A DNA stretch of 64,000 bases from Epiperipatus broadwayi (Eukaryota; Animalia; Onychophora), in the NCBI GenBank assembly GCA_028023455.1, contig JAQFVV010000011.1, forward strand, positions 1,178,001-1,242,000, written 5' to 3'. The translations under genes were made by a program, and so were the position numbers. The notes below the pieces were generated by a model. The model did no database searches. It was given only the letters and a program-made list of their open reading frames with translations, and was not told the DNA's origin. Below, in pieces: positions 39,694-53,716 of this stretch (its first letter is position 1; every line of letters begins with the position of its first letter).

Positions 39694-40049
39694 AAATATT
39701 AGACTATTAGGACTTTTATTATATATATATATTATTGTTTTAATTATTATTACTCTTAAAAAAAAAATTTTATATTATACTAACTAATCCTATTCTAAGA
39801 ATTTTTTATATATATACATTCAGTTTAACTAATTATTACTATGATTTTAACCAGACATGGCCAAATTAGGCCATTTTAATTAAACTAAATTCTAGATCCG
39901 GGTATATAAATTGTTCGTTGCTTCATGTAAAATCTGCTTTCTATATTTCAATATATCTGTAAAAAAATAATAATTTTTTCGTATTTAAATTATGTAATGT
40001 AAATTTTTTTTCTCTTTCTTGCCTCCTTTGTTCTTCCTTAATTGTTCAC

Positions 40050-40065
40050 GGGAAGTATGGGGAAA
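40050..40065 (+). promoter_or_regulatory. Polypurine tract
   Basis: GGGAAGTATGGGGAAA abutting the TG of the 3' LTR. Confidence 0.8.
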
Positions 40066-42565
40066 TGAAACAGTAAGATTCGTTTCAAATCTTAAGTTTC
40101 ACCTTTTTCTGTCGTCTCTCACTGACCGGTCTATCCCGCCCAAATTTAAACTTTTTGGTATCGAATTATGTGTGTAGCAATATTAAAATGTATAAATATA
40201 TGTAGAATTCAGCATAAACATGCACACATTTCGATCTCAAATTAAAGGCAATAAATAGGGATAAAATCATATAATTTAGATTTCTTTTAGTTATATAATT
40301 TTGTATAATTTTAATCATTTATTTTGGATTATAAAGTTCGTATTTATTGCTTTGTTTAAATTTCGTTTAATAATAATTCTAAAAAAATCTGATGTAATAT
40401 TTAATTAAAAGTTAAAATAATCTTATGTTTCCTTTTTGTCTTTGAAATTGAAAAGCATCGGTCAGTGATAGATAATAGATTAATTAAAGAAAAATTCCCC
40501 AAAATATAATTAGTAAATGTAAAATGTAAACAATAGAACGGCAGCTTTCTTTAATTAAAAAAACCAACAAAATGCATTGATTATCCTCAGGGCAGATTAA
40601 GTAGAACCTAAAAATATCTTAACAAAAATGTGAAAGATCAAGATAAAAAAAGAGGCCATCTTAGACTTGCTGGAGACATTCACTTAAACTTTAGCTTTGC
40701 TCTCGATCACTGAGAGTCTCCAAAAATAATAAAATAATTTGTTCCTGCCAAGGTATGACCGAGTAAAGCACCTAGATTATTCTCCATTGGGAGATGGCCT
40801 ATCGGATGCCGAACTTTCCATTGCCCATCATAAATTCACCATGAAGATCTGCTGCCTGAAATAAATGAAAAAGCTGCTGCTGCTGTGAAATTAAATGAAA
40901 TATCTAAATACAAGAAAGACTTGCCACTCGTGAACTTTTTGCTGCTAAACTAATGGAATCAGAAAACTTCTTACAAAACAGGTACCTGTCTGTGTTCAAA
41001 CTCTAGAGTACTCTAATAATATGCTATAGCTCTTCTTCATAATACTTATCTCAATTATAAAATGTAAAAACTACCATATGAATAATTAACTTAATGTGTA
41101 AATTTCTCTAATAATCTAGCTTACCTCACTCTAGCTTTCTTGGGTGCATATTTCTATAATCTACATTTTTATCTATAGTTATTATTTAATTATTGCATGC
41201 TCATAATTGTCTCAAATTTCAAAGTTTAAATCTATGATCGCTTAAAACAATGAATGCGTGTCCAATTTTCATTAATATTTACTTTCCTAAATAACTTTAC
41301 TTTCATATAAATCGACACGCATTCAGTGCATCATTTATTGTAATGCAGGGTCTACTACTTCGCTGGCATATTAGTTGTAATAACTCCCAGTTTATATATA
41401 TATTGTATTTATTAAATCTAATGAATAATTCTAGAAAATCCCATTTCTTTGAGAGTCGCCAGAGTTCTTGAGTAAATGTTGGTAATGTAGGGCCAAGTCA
41501 GAAACCTATTTAAATCTCATCATAACCATTTATACAGTATACATGTGTTACGTTTTAGAGATGCGATGACCCATTCTGCCGTGAAATTTCCGGATTCTTC
41601 AGGGTTGAAATTAACCCCAGTCATCCTACACAAGCGGGCATAATGGGTGCTCCCATAGGACTTGACAATGTCATGCAGCCAGCCGGCAAAACTGCGACAC
41701 AGACCGCTTGTCCCTGGTTATGCTTATGTGACACCTTACTTCGTCGGGCCGATGGCAGAGACCAGCCCGACATTCTTATAAACTCATTCACGGCATTGCA
41801 GTTTCAATATACTGCCATTCCATATCGCCTTTCTAAAGCGTACCACGTGTTCCTTTACTTAATTTTATTATTCTATATGTCACTCCGCCTCTGCATTATC
41901 TTCATAAATCACTCTCAAATAAATGTTTGCCCTTAGTTATAAATAAATATTTTAATTAAATAAATATATGTCTGCCATTACTCTTATAACCCATACTTTA
42001 GACTCTTGCATTGCAAAGGAATAAATCCCTCCAGGCATGCATTAGAAATACTTACTCAAGAATTTTAGGTAGCTAGATTATGCCCTCAAATAAATGAATT
42101 CCTTTTGTAAACAAATAAATAAATGTATTCTTTAAAATATAATCATGTCGCAAATCCCGCTACTGAAGCTTTTAATCCATAAATATTGTTAGTAAATGAT
42201 CTTATTAAAATGTGTTAATAAATAATTTTAAACTATACGTCTGCAGTTATGTTTCACTTATTCGATACCCATTCTATATATTTCCTCGATTATGTAAATA
42301 TGAATGTTTAATTAATATTAGTTTGATTATTGGCTAACTCGAGAATAAAATCATGAGTCTCTTGCATATCCCTGACCACCGTGCCTAAGGAAATATTTAC
42401 TAATGTTGCATCAGATGCGTTGTTTCGTGGATTGTATTGTGGAACCGATAAACTATGTTCGAACTCAGTACCACGGGTGGCTTCGCTACTCGATGGTGCT
42501 GCTGTTCTGTATGGTGGTCAAATTCTGCACTATGTTTACGAGTCACATGTTTTCTGACCATTACA
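40066..42565 (+). repeat. 3' LTR (2500 bp)
   Basis: tgaaacagtaag...gaccattaca. Confidence 0.95.
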
Positions 42566-44460
42566 CTATCTTTAATGAAGATGTTCATTTGGTGTCAGAT
42601 TTGTATTTTCTTGTAACTAGGATATTGCCTCACAGGTTTCACTTTATCTGTTAATAGCAAATTTTATAATCAGGCTTCAGTAGTCAACAACTGAAGTAGA
42701 ATAAGACTCCATATTACAGAATTATTTTATCTGATTATTACTCATATTAATTTGTGGAAATAAGCAATTCTACAATAACAACTCGTACACTTATTTAAAA
42801 TGTGCTTTCCTAAAATTGAATCTGTTGAAAGATAAGTCAGTATTGATAACGGACATATCAGAAATGATTACACCTCAATGTCCTTTCTACTAGAAAAGAT
42901 CTTTCTACTTGAACTAAGTTATTGAATTTTGATGTAATCATTGTAACCTGCTAAAAATTAAAAGCGCATTACTATTGAGATCATTAAAATATAGGTAAAT
43001 TATGAATCTAACACTTTTAAAATGTGACACTTCTCACTACTTAAGGTCACATAAATATTATAGTCATATTCTGTTTTTATCATAAGAGCAATACTATTTA
43101 TCTGATTAATCTATATTGAGATATTTAGCATCCTACTAACAGTAGCTTAATACCTACTGAGCCTCATTATATGAAAGAAAAATTCTTTGTAACCTGAGCA
43201 ATTTCAAGGATTCCCCTCGTCATGGTGTATTATATAGAAACACTAACGCAACCATGAGATATTTTAATTTAAAACTGGTTATACTAAAATATAGTAAGAT
43301 CAGTTTTTGTTTTAACAATGCCACTGCCTAGTGGACTATAATAAAAGTCTTCAAACATATTTCCTATTTTAAAAGAAAGATATTCTATCTGTAACAGTAT
43401 ATTTTCTAATAATATTGAAAAATTGAGATACCTAAATGTTAGCATATTAATTGACCACTCCAATTGATGATACAGTTTTCATCTTATCAATTACATTATA
43501 TGAATAGCTCAAAAATTTGTACCTTGAACCAAAATATTTGGATTTTTTGATATAAATTACTATCTAGGCTCTTCTTACCAGTGCCTTCTTGTTGGCTAGA
43601 AAATATCTTTCCCATATCAATGCTATATGTTTATTACATAACTGAGATTAAAAAAATTTAAACAACTTTTGTTTTACTATACTGAAATGTAAACATACAG
43701 GAATATAATTACTACTATAACATGGTCTGTCACCCAACATTAAACACACTTATCAGTAATATTGAAAGAGGGTTCCTTCCAAACACCAAAGTCATAGCTT
43801 TCATTTCTTTCACATTATTATTTCTAAGTTGCACATTTGTATTTATCTGCACTATCTCTAAATTCCAATCTTGTCAAGCATTTATAATCAAGAGGTCAGC
43901 ATAGCTGCTTTACAATCTTTATTTATAATAAAATTATACTTAGAAATCAGGTCCTTCCTAAGGCCTCTTATTACTGGCAAATTTGTAAACACAGATAACT
44001 CTGGGAATTTTTTTATTATTATTTTAATTATTAATTTTTTTCTCTCTCTCAGAATATTTTTAAAAAAAATCATTTGTAATACAAAATTATATATATAAAC
44101 AAGAATATTTTTTATTTTGTAATTGCAACAAAAATATTCCTTTACACCAGGTATTTTTTTGTGTGCGTGCATGTGCTTATTTTAAAGTCTTATCATAAAA
44201 TTTTGGTGTCTTTATATATATATAATGATGATTTTTATAACAAAACATAATTTATGTATAAACTGATACTCTATCAATTTTTTCCTGTTTTCACTATACT
44301 CCCCCCTCCATCAAATAACTATAATAATGCCCTGATTATTTGTAAAACAATAGAGTGGTACACTCCAGAGATCAAGATTTATGGATTGAAGCCCATTTCT
44401 GTTACTTTTCTATGCCCAAACTTCTTATGTGTTTTCTAGCAGTAAATCGTTAGATTAATT

Positions 44461-44645
44461 AATAAAATTTGATCTTAAATCATTTGACTAACCAATACAA
44501 TTTGATCTTAAACCATTTGGTTAACCAATACAATTTGATCTTAAATCATTTGACTAACCAATATAATTTGATCATAAATTATTTCATTAACGAATACACT
44601 TTGATCTTATATCATTTGATTAACAAATAAAATTTGATTTTAAAA
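44461..44645. repeat. 33-bp minisatellite, ~5.5 copies
   Basis: Unit aatacaatttgatcttaaatcatttgactaacc. Confidence 0.9.
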
Positions 44646-47600
44646 CTTTAAATAAAAATTTATGTGGTAGTATAGATAAGATGAAAGATAAAATCAATTC
44701 AGTAATATGTAAATATGTTATGATGAATAGTTGAATATAGGACTTGTTGAAATTTCATATGCTTCAATGTCTACATATGTTAAGTGTATAAAAATAAAAT
44801 TACAAAACTGATACATAGAACATATTTTTATTATAAAAAACTATGCGAGATGTTTCAACTACTTTAAATAACTATCTTCAGTCTATAAAAATGAAATAAA
44901 AAAATATATACTTTTTACTAAAGGTGAATATTATTTCACTTTTATAAACCTTCAAATTCAAAATAGAAAATCCAATATTTAATATAGCTTTGACAACAAA
45001 TTTATGTTTTGAGACAAATTAGTTTAAAATTATGATATAAAACAAAAAGAAATTATTAGATCATAGTAAAAATCATTTCTCTCCCTATTAAAAAAATATC
45101 AAAATTAATATATACTGAAATAAATAATATTCTATTCATTTCATGGTCAGCCATGTGATCTTTCACATGACAGCAAATTGATTTTCAATGTTGTGATGAG
45201 AATAATAAATATAGCATTCAAAAGCTTTAAAGAAAATATATAAAATAAAACAAATAGCTTAAAATAAAGTATTAAAGATACTAATAATAGGTATATTTTA
45301 ATGTTAACATAAATTATTAAATGTTATATTTTAAAATAATAAATAATAAAATAGATTTGAGAAACTGATAAATTATGTAAACTATGTTAGAACTGTTTCT
45401 ATTATCAAAGATTAAAAGAATGTATGGAATCTATTGAAAAACAACTTAGTTAATTATGCTAGCCTTTTAAGAAATAGATTTAAAATAATTAAATTAAAAA
45501 TAAGTTAATAAAAAAGATTAAGCCTGTTTTGAGATATGAGATTAAAAAAGAAGAGTGCTTTGAAATTCAATCAATTAAATAAAAATGAGAGTATGAGAAT
45601 ATTTTTAAAATTCATGTAATTAAAATAAAATGAGGTCATAAAGATATTAAAAATAAGAGATTATAGGTGTTAAAAACAAGAAATCAAAACCTTTATATAG
45701 TCAATTGACATTGAACTGTCACTAATAATCAAGTTGAGAAAAGAAAAAATGTTGTTTGAAAGTCTAACCTGGATTGCTGTAGGACCTGATTGAGCTATTT
45801 TTGAAGGAATTTATAATCAAAATGAAATACAATGCTTGAACCTCAAATTGGGATGATAGATTATAAAATACATTATAGCAACTTGTAAGAAAAAGAAAAA
45901 TATTATAAATGGAATCAATTAATGGAAGCCATTGTGGGAGAAATAATAATCTGCAAAAACATGCTTACAATGAACTATAGAGAATCCTGCTTCAAAACTT
46001 TTGCTGTGTAAATTAAAAAAAATCTGTTTGTAGATTAATCTGTATACTAATGAATTAACAATTTTGTTTTATTTTATGACCTCTTATAGCATATATTTAA
46101 TTCTAACAAATTATATTTTATTATGTATATTATTTATATACTATTATTTAACTGATTGATTAAAGGAAGAATTGAATGGTTTTTTTTTTATAAAAAAGTA
46201 TTTGTTGCTCTAGCTGCATTTTAGAGCAGCCAAAAATAGTAATTGAAAAAACTACACTTCATCTTGTATATATATATTGTACCAATTGAGGTTCAAACCC
46301 GATACAAGTATAGCCATTTGTAACTGAATAAAATTATCTAGACATTGAGAAAAAGTAAATAATCTAGTATTCCTTTCTATTCAGTGTTTTCTTATATGTA
46401 TATCTGGGAGCCATTAGGCTATTAAACCTAGATAATAGTTACAATATATATGATTTGTTAAAAAACCCTGGTTTTAAAGATTTTCCTTAATGTGTAATTA
46501 TTAGCAAATATGTAAAAATTGTGTATAATCAGAATGTATTACTCATTTTAAATATGCTAAGTGTTCACACTTGTAAAGTCCAAGGGTTAAATAATAAGTG
46601 TGATGTAATTATTAGTATTTTAAGTTAAAGGTTTATTTTGGATTTTGATCGAGTTTATTTGTATATAAATTAGTTCTTCTTTTGATTACTGTTAGATTAT
46701 ATGTATGTAGAACTTATAATTTAAATATAGTTGTTAGATCACTGCTGAGTGGTTAAAATGTTCTATATTTATATGGTGGATTTATTCAGTGTTGTGTGTA
46801 AATTTGGGATCAGATTCAAAGGGCCAACTCAATTAATGAAGTAGTTTTTATTGAATTTAAAATAAGACTCAAAAAAGCTCTCATTGTAATTGAGTTATTT
46901 TAACTGTTAATATATTTTTAAAATATATGATTGAAATTATGTGCTCTATATTTTCTGATGTTTAATGTCAGGTGGCACCCAAATCAATTAAATTAAAATA
47001 AATTTAAACCTATAAAAGCTTTGGTCTTTTTCACATCTTTGATCATATGTTTCAGTAAAGTGTGATGGAATAGAAGTTTGAAATATATTGAGGTGGTATT
47101 TTCTGCCACCACATCAGTAAATATATATTTAATTTTGAGTTAGGTTTAAAGTAGTTTAATTAAAAATATATAACTTTATTTTAATCTTTTAAATCTGTCT
47201 TAAAAGGTTTTTTTCTGATGGCAAAGAAATCATAATTTCTTCATTTTAATTCTTTATCTAACAAAATCAAGATTAAAATCTCAATGTTTTTGCTAAAATT
47301 TCTTTTGTGTGTTAATTAAATTGTAATTCTTGGAATAATGTGGGTTGGGGGTGGGATAAAAATTAGTTTGTGCAATTAACTCTATTGTTGAAGCTACAGA
47401 TACTAAAAATATTTGTAATTAGATTTATCACTAGAGTTGATCTATTACAGTAATTAAACAAGAATGTTTCCACTGATTAAAAGAAAAGTAAATGACCAAA
47501 AAAGGATAAAATTTGGAAGTGTAGAGATGTATCTAAAAATAAACCAATAAGTGTGAAAACTATTGTCAACAAAATGTATAAATTGTGGACTTTTCTTTTG

Positions 47601-48931
47601 TTAAGGCAGTCGGAACCATTTTTCTAAAAAAAATGTTACAAATCAAGAACTGTTGCTAAAAAACATTATTAACCAGTGCCAAGAAAATATTTTCATGCTA
47701 GAGAACATCTAAGAAACTTTCCCCTCAGAAAATATGTCTTCCGTCCATACCTGAAGCCACCTGAGTGATCATCAACCATGGATAGGTGGGAGTTTAACCA
47801 GTTAGCTAAGGATGTCAAGAAAAGTCAATGGACAACACACAGGATTCACACCAGCATATAAGAATGTTGACCACCTGGAGAAAGTTGAATCATTGATTGA
47901 TCAGGGTAATTACGAACTGTTATTTAGTGAACTTCTATTCCTGCTTGTGCATTAATTGTGTTAAATGTTTCAACAATAGAGTGCAGGATTATAAATGGGG
48001 ATTTCATTATGCTGTTTTAACTTAATTAAAACAGGGAATGCTGATAGATTATTTAAATGTTTTTTATACATTTTATTATAATTCAATGTATGAATCAGAT
48101 TACTTTTTTCCCGAATAATGTTAACTGCTTGATCTTGAAAAACAAATGGGGGGATTAAGAAGATTCAGGTCAATTAAATTTTCTGATGATAAGCAACACA
48201 GGAACCTTATGTCAGAACATAGTGTATGGAAAATGGATGCCCCAATGGCTGTAAGTAAATGATGGACCCTTAAGCTGTCCATTAAGATTTGAATATATTA
48301 TTTAACATTAGAAAGAGAGGGTTTGAGTGTTGCCATTTGCCATACTCTTATTAGTAAACTACCTGTAAGTTTCACACCTACATGATCAGGATTGTCATAA
48401 TCAACTGGGATCGCTGTCGTACATAGGGTTGGTGATGACCCATGTTCTCTCGAGAAAAGAACATTTGTTAAATAATTTGGATCACATTTAAAAATAGGCA
48501 ATGCTTGCATTTTAATTTAAGTTTGTATTTGTTCTTTATAGAAAAGATTTGAGTCAGTTTAGAATGCTATAGGAAAAGAGAATATACATTTAATTTGAAA
48601 GTAAATATAATAAAATCTCTAAATGTCATATTTGAGTATCTTTGTTTTAATTTAGTTATTAGTTAAGTAATTAAGTATCCCTTTGGTAGAATTAAAGTTC
48701 ATGTAAGATTACATTTTAAAAATATATTTGGTGATTGCTATTCATAAATAAATAAATCACCATGATTGTTGAATGTGCGTCACAATCTGGTTCTAGATTA
48801 TATGCCTGCCTAGTGTCGCCCTTGTCTGGCCACTTTATTTTTGTAATCTCCATAAAATTACAGACATTGTCAAAATGTAATGGCACAATATTTAAATAGA
48901 TATTTTATGAAGTTAAGTTTAAGTATTTCTA

Positions 48932-48998
48932 AATAATAATAATAATAATAATAATGATAGTGATGATAGTAATGATGATAATGATAATAGTATAATAA
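48932..48998. repeat. (AAT)n/(GAT)n trinucleotide microsatellite
   Basis: aataataataat...gatagtgatgatagtaatgatgat. Confidence 0.85.
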
Positions 48999-49062
48999 TG
49001 AGGAGTTAAACCACTAAACATCACATAATCACTATCTCTTATACTAGCACATAATTGTTAAT

Positions 49063-49150
49063 AAACGAGACAAAACTCTTCATACATCCATTGATTACTC
49101 TGATTGGCACATGGTGGCAATACTGTATGGAGAGTTTTGCCTTGTTTAAT
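49063..49150. mobile_element. Short family B fold-back
   Basis: aaaactcttcatac / gtatggagagttttgcc arms around catccattgattactctg. Confidence 0.6.
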
Positions 49151-49330
49151 AAGGAGAAGGATGAGGAGAAGGAGAGTAGGAGAAGGAGGAGGAGAAGTAG
49201 GAGGAGAAGGAGGAGAAGTAGGAGAAGAAGGAGGAGAAGTAGGAGAAGGAGGAGGAAAAGTAGGAGAAGGAGAAGTAGGAGAAGGAGGAGGAGCAGCAGA
49301 AGAAGAAAGAGAAGTAGAAAAAGGAGAAGA
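49151..49330 (+). repeat. Purine-rich (AGG/AGA/AGT)n low-complexity tract
   Basis: aggagaaggaggaggagaagtagg reiterated; explains the three spurious ORFs at 49039-49451. Confidence 0.9.
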
Positions 49331-50399
49331 AGTGGTGTATATAAAGTTAAATTATAACATGTGCTTAAATGGCTTACAGGAAAAAGTGTATGTTTCAAAT
49401 ATTGATCTGACTTCTAGGCTGATGGATATGGTTATGATAAGAATGAGATAAAGGTAAAAGATGCAATGATAAAAACAAAAAAAAATTGCAAATATATAAG
49501 CTGACCATTACAATATATATATATTAAATTCTCTGTCCAAAGACATTGATCAAGCAATAAGTGCTTGATCATTATTCAGGGCAGTTTTACATTGATTGAT
49601 ACCCTCAACATAATTTTAGAGCAATGTCTTAAACATTATTGAGCTTATATATCTATTAAGATATCTAGTTTCTGAAATAGTTTCAATTTAATGGAATCTA
49701 AATTTTAGTTTTTATAAAAGTTATATCAATAAAATGAGTTGTCAGTTAGGGAAATATGATGCAGTAGTTTTCCCACTGAAATAAATGCCCATTATCCAAT
49801 TATTCTATTGGCATTGCTATTAATACTTATTGAATAAATCGTGCATGCATAATTGCTTAACAATGAATAAAGATGGCGTCACTTACGATGGTGCTGTATC
49901 CATAAGTTTAAAAAAAAACTTTATTTATTTCCTGGCATAATAAGCAATGGTTCCCAACCAGCAGTGTTGATGATTAAATATCATAACTTGGTCAAGCACC
50001 AATTACTTGGTTACTTTAGTTTGCGTTATAACAAAACTTGAACATAAAAACATTTATTTGCACAATGTGCTACTAGAGGTCTCTGACTCATCAATTGTAT
50101 GGAGAGTGGAAAAAAGTTAAAAATAAAGGGAATGAAAGAGGTAGAGGTGACTTTTTGTTTAGATTTTTATAATGATATTAGGGAATATGCAAATAAGATA
50201 GTGGAAATAACAAAATAGTTTTTATCAAAAAAAAAAGAAAAAAAAAAGAATCACATCTGGAGAAATAATTGTATAGTAAAAAGCAGTGGGGTTTATTGAA
50301 GTATGTAATGATTTTGAAGAGTATGAATATTTAATATGGCTAACAAGATTTCTATAATCTACGCAAAGAAACTTTTACTTTCATTTAAAGAGAAATCAT

Positions 50400-51100
50400 T
50401 ATCTAAGACATGGCATTTTACAAAAGATCAGGAATTCTTTAAGCAATATAGATTATGGTCATCATTTGCATGAAAACTGTTTGTATTCTATGAATAATTA
50501 AATTATATAACATTCAACAATTGTGAGAGAAATATTGATACATTTTCTAAGTAATCTTAGTAAAAGAGATTGAGTTCTCACTCACAATATTTTATCTTCT
50601 GAGCATTTTTTTGAAATAATATATGCATTACAGGATGAAGCTAGTCCATCCACAATATCCAAATAGTGTCATACAGAGAAATGATTAGAGTATGATATGG
50701 CTGTTCAAATCATAGCAGTTTCATCACAATGTTTATACTTCAAGAAGACAGTCTAATTAATAGGGTTTTTTTTTGTTGTTGTCCATTATTAGTGATGGGC
50801 TATTCTTGGTTTAAATGCTGTAAACATTGATTCATCCAATTTTATGATCTTTCCAGTCATCAATTAATTGTACAATTGTTATGCTTATTATATCATCACT
50901 GTCACATTATAACTAGCAACCGAAACCATTGCCTTGGAAACAATATCTCAGTCATAAATGGTTATGCCAAATTAATCATTTTGATTCGATACTAAAACAT
51001 TCATATATATGTTGACATCTAATACTTGTATGTTTGTGTGTTTAACTATAATGCTTTCAAATGGTTGATCCACATTGATTTTTGGTCATTTGTAGTTATA
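50400..51100 (-). mobile_element. Possible Tc1/mariner-type transposase remnant
   Basis: Minus, broken frames: KIIKLDESMF (first catalytic D context), VFMQ (second D context), aattcctgatctt (PDL motif). Confidence 0.4.
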
Positions 51101-51167
51101 GCAGGTTTTATATCTTCAATTAAATTATCCTTGAGATTACCACTTCTGAAATTTCAAATAACTTAGC

Positions 51168-51285
51168 AGTCAAGCGTTGTTAGCTGAGAGGTCAGCGCAG
51201 CCGCCTTGCAAGCAAGCAGTTGGCTGCAGACGGTTGTTGCGAGTTCACCTCCCGACCGATGCTATGACATATGAAAAAAAAAAAA
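51168..51285 (+). mobile_element. Diverged, lengthened member of the tRNA-Gly-derived retro-element
   Basis: Same leader agtcaaGCGTTG and trailer tgacatatg + A-run as 15335-15431; TSD-like aacttagcag (51160-51169) / aacttagtag (51284-51293); 90-nt body 51174-51263. Confidence 0.75.
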
Positions 51286-52728
51286 CTTAGTAGTTTTGAA
51301 CCTGAAGCTCCAAGTTAATCAGATACTGGCAATTTAAACCATTTTCAATTTGGACAGGATTATAAAACTAATATTAATTTTTTTGCTCCTTATAAATTCC
51401 TTATAATTCTATGAATAAAAAAATGTGATATTGGTATTGCGTTTTGCCTTTATGTGCTAAATACTGTTAAAAATAAGCTGGAAAATAAAACAGAAACCCA
51501 AATTGTTCAAGCCCTCACCGTCTAAAAAATGGGCAAGCCTGGTAAATAATGCTTTATTCTTCTCCGCACTCTACTGTTATTGGAAACATCTTTGCCGTGC
51601 AATTAAAAAAAAAAAGATTTTGTTTTTTATCTATAGCAGGTGTTTCTGTTATTTTGTCCAATTACTACGAAGATAATGACAATTTTAAAAACGTCATTCT
51701 TGAAATATAATTAACTCTTAAATTAAAAAAAATCTACACTATGAACTTTAAAATATTTTTTAACTGCTCTCCCCCCTCCCCCTCATGTTAATTTCTATTT
51801 AAGTAACTTTTCGTGATGAGATTTTCCTTCCACGAAAGTTCTGAGATTTACTTCCCTTGCATAATAATTCCAGAAAAATCGTCGTATTTCTAATGAATTT
51901 CTTTTACTAACTATTTGCTTTTTATTTATATGTTATTAATCATTTCAGAAGAATAAAACAATTATTTTTGTTGTATTAAAAAAAAATTATATATTTTTAA
52001 AAAAAATTAATATATATAATTTTAATATTGTTCTTTTTTAATAGTAAAACAAAAATATTTGACATCCAAGATTCTAATGTTAGAATTGAAAAATAATTGA
52101 AAATTGAAATTACTATAAATAAATTTGATTATCAAATGAAAGGAAATGTAAACTTGTAGATATTTTATATGGCAAAACAAAATTAAGCAAAAATATGGAA
52201 GCATTCAAATCAGGGTACTGCAAAATTAGATTATATTTTAATTAATATAGATTCAACGACAGAAGTAACGAACAATTAATTAGATGCAATATACAAGACA
52301 TATGATAGCTCAGAGCTAAAGGACTAAAGTTATTAAGAAAGATAATATTAACAGTTGATATTCTTAATCTTCAGAAAAACTTCAGTGAATTTAGGTAAAA
52401 AATTAAAAATTATTTTAAGATATTAATATGACTTTGAAGATGGCTAAAATTTGAATATCATCTATAAACAGAGAACATATACAGAAACTATACACAGATA
52501 GGTAGTTTTAAAAAATAAAAAACAGCAGTTCACCAATAAATTTTCAACTGAGATAAAGTAATATATGATAAAAATAATAAATATGAAAATATTTTAAATT
52601 AACTCTTTAAAAGACTTGAATGTCTGAAGTTTGATAAAATGGTATTGAAAAGAGTTAATTTATGATGATAGAAGTAAATATAACAAGATAACAAAAAGTC
52701 TTAAAAGTTATAAAACAATATCTTAATT

Positions 52729-52915
52729 AAAACAGGAAAAACTCACTATACGTATTGCCACACATAGCAAGTTAGAGTAATCAATGGATGCCAGAAGGCT
52801 TGTGCATAAAATCCCCATGTAGTGCATACTCATCCAATATCTCCAGACTAGTTTCTGGCTTGTAATCTTCTTCAGTGAGGAGCCCTGGATCTGAGAGCAC
52901 TGTGAAGTTTATTAG
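52729..52915 (-). mobile_element. Family B hammerhead element with 13-bp TSD
   Basis: Exact TSD caatatcttaatt (52716-52728 / 52916-52928); minus cctcaCTGAAGA..GAAACTAGTCtggag (52875->52846). Confidence 0.8.
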
Positions 52916-53716
52916 CAATATCTTAATTTTGCAAAGAAAGTTGTTTGATAATAAGATGAAAAGATAGCACTATCAGTAAAAAGATTTATGACATTATGAA
53001 ATATGTAGAAGGGGATTTTAAATATATAATAAAGTGCAAAAAAGATATCAAGAAGTAGCCTCATAAGATTATGACATCCTTTGAAATTTCATTTATTTTA
53101 AATGAAGAGGTGTGACTTGCAATTAAACTTATAAAGAATGGGAAAGCTCCAGGAAGAGCTGAAATTATTATAGAAATGTTGAAAGAAGTAGATAAAAGAA
53201 TAGAATAATGGTTGGTAAAGCTATATAGCAAATGTGTAAATAATACTAATATTATCAGATGACTGAAAGAATACAGTAATGACATTGATATTTAAGAAAT
53301 AAGAAAAAGGTGTTATTGCAAATTACAGACCTATTAGTTTTTTTGTCAATTCCACACAAAATATTTACTAAGATCATTACAATTTGTTTACATAAAATTT
53401 GGATTGTAGCCAACAAAAAGAATGTATTAGGTAATAAATCACATCCAAATATTAAAAGAAATTTCAGGAAAGACCAATGAATATAAATTGCCATTGTGTT
53501 TTGGATTTGTAGATTATGAAAAAGGATCTAATAATAATGAATTAGAAAAAATTAAAATCTAAAATAGCATGACAACATTATTAATACACATGAAATTTAG
53601 TGAATAAGATTAAGCAAAATAATGGAGTGTTTTAATAAATGTCTTTTACCAATGCTTACTTATGGATATGAGATTTGCTCTAATTTAATAGAAGAATAGC
53701 ATATATTTTTGAAATC

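Larger units (their letters stand above)
35806..42565 (+). mobile_element. Young non-autonomous Ty3/Gypsy-type LTR retrotransposon (6760 bp, 2.5-kb LTRs)
   Basis: TG...CA termini, TSD CTAT (35802-35805 / 42566-42569), near-identical LTRs, PBS-like site, PPT, gag-integrase fusion ORF, no RT/RNaseH. Confidence 0.95.

Noticed and set aside
37381-41936. 97-aa ORF present twice (37381-37674, 41643-41936)
   Set aside because: Duplicated only because it lies in young LTRs; no domain similarity; differences are mostly CpG-type.
31700-44645. CRISPR-like arrays (80-bp and 33-bp repeats)
   Set aside because: Contiguous tandem units without unique spacers, eukaryotic context, no cas genes.
49039-49451. 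Poly-Leu, poly-Arg and Gly/Glu-rich ORFs
   Set aside because: Artefacts of the purine-rich simple repeat.
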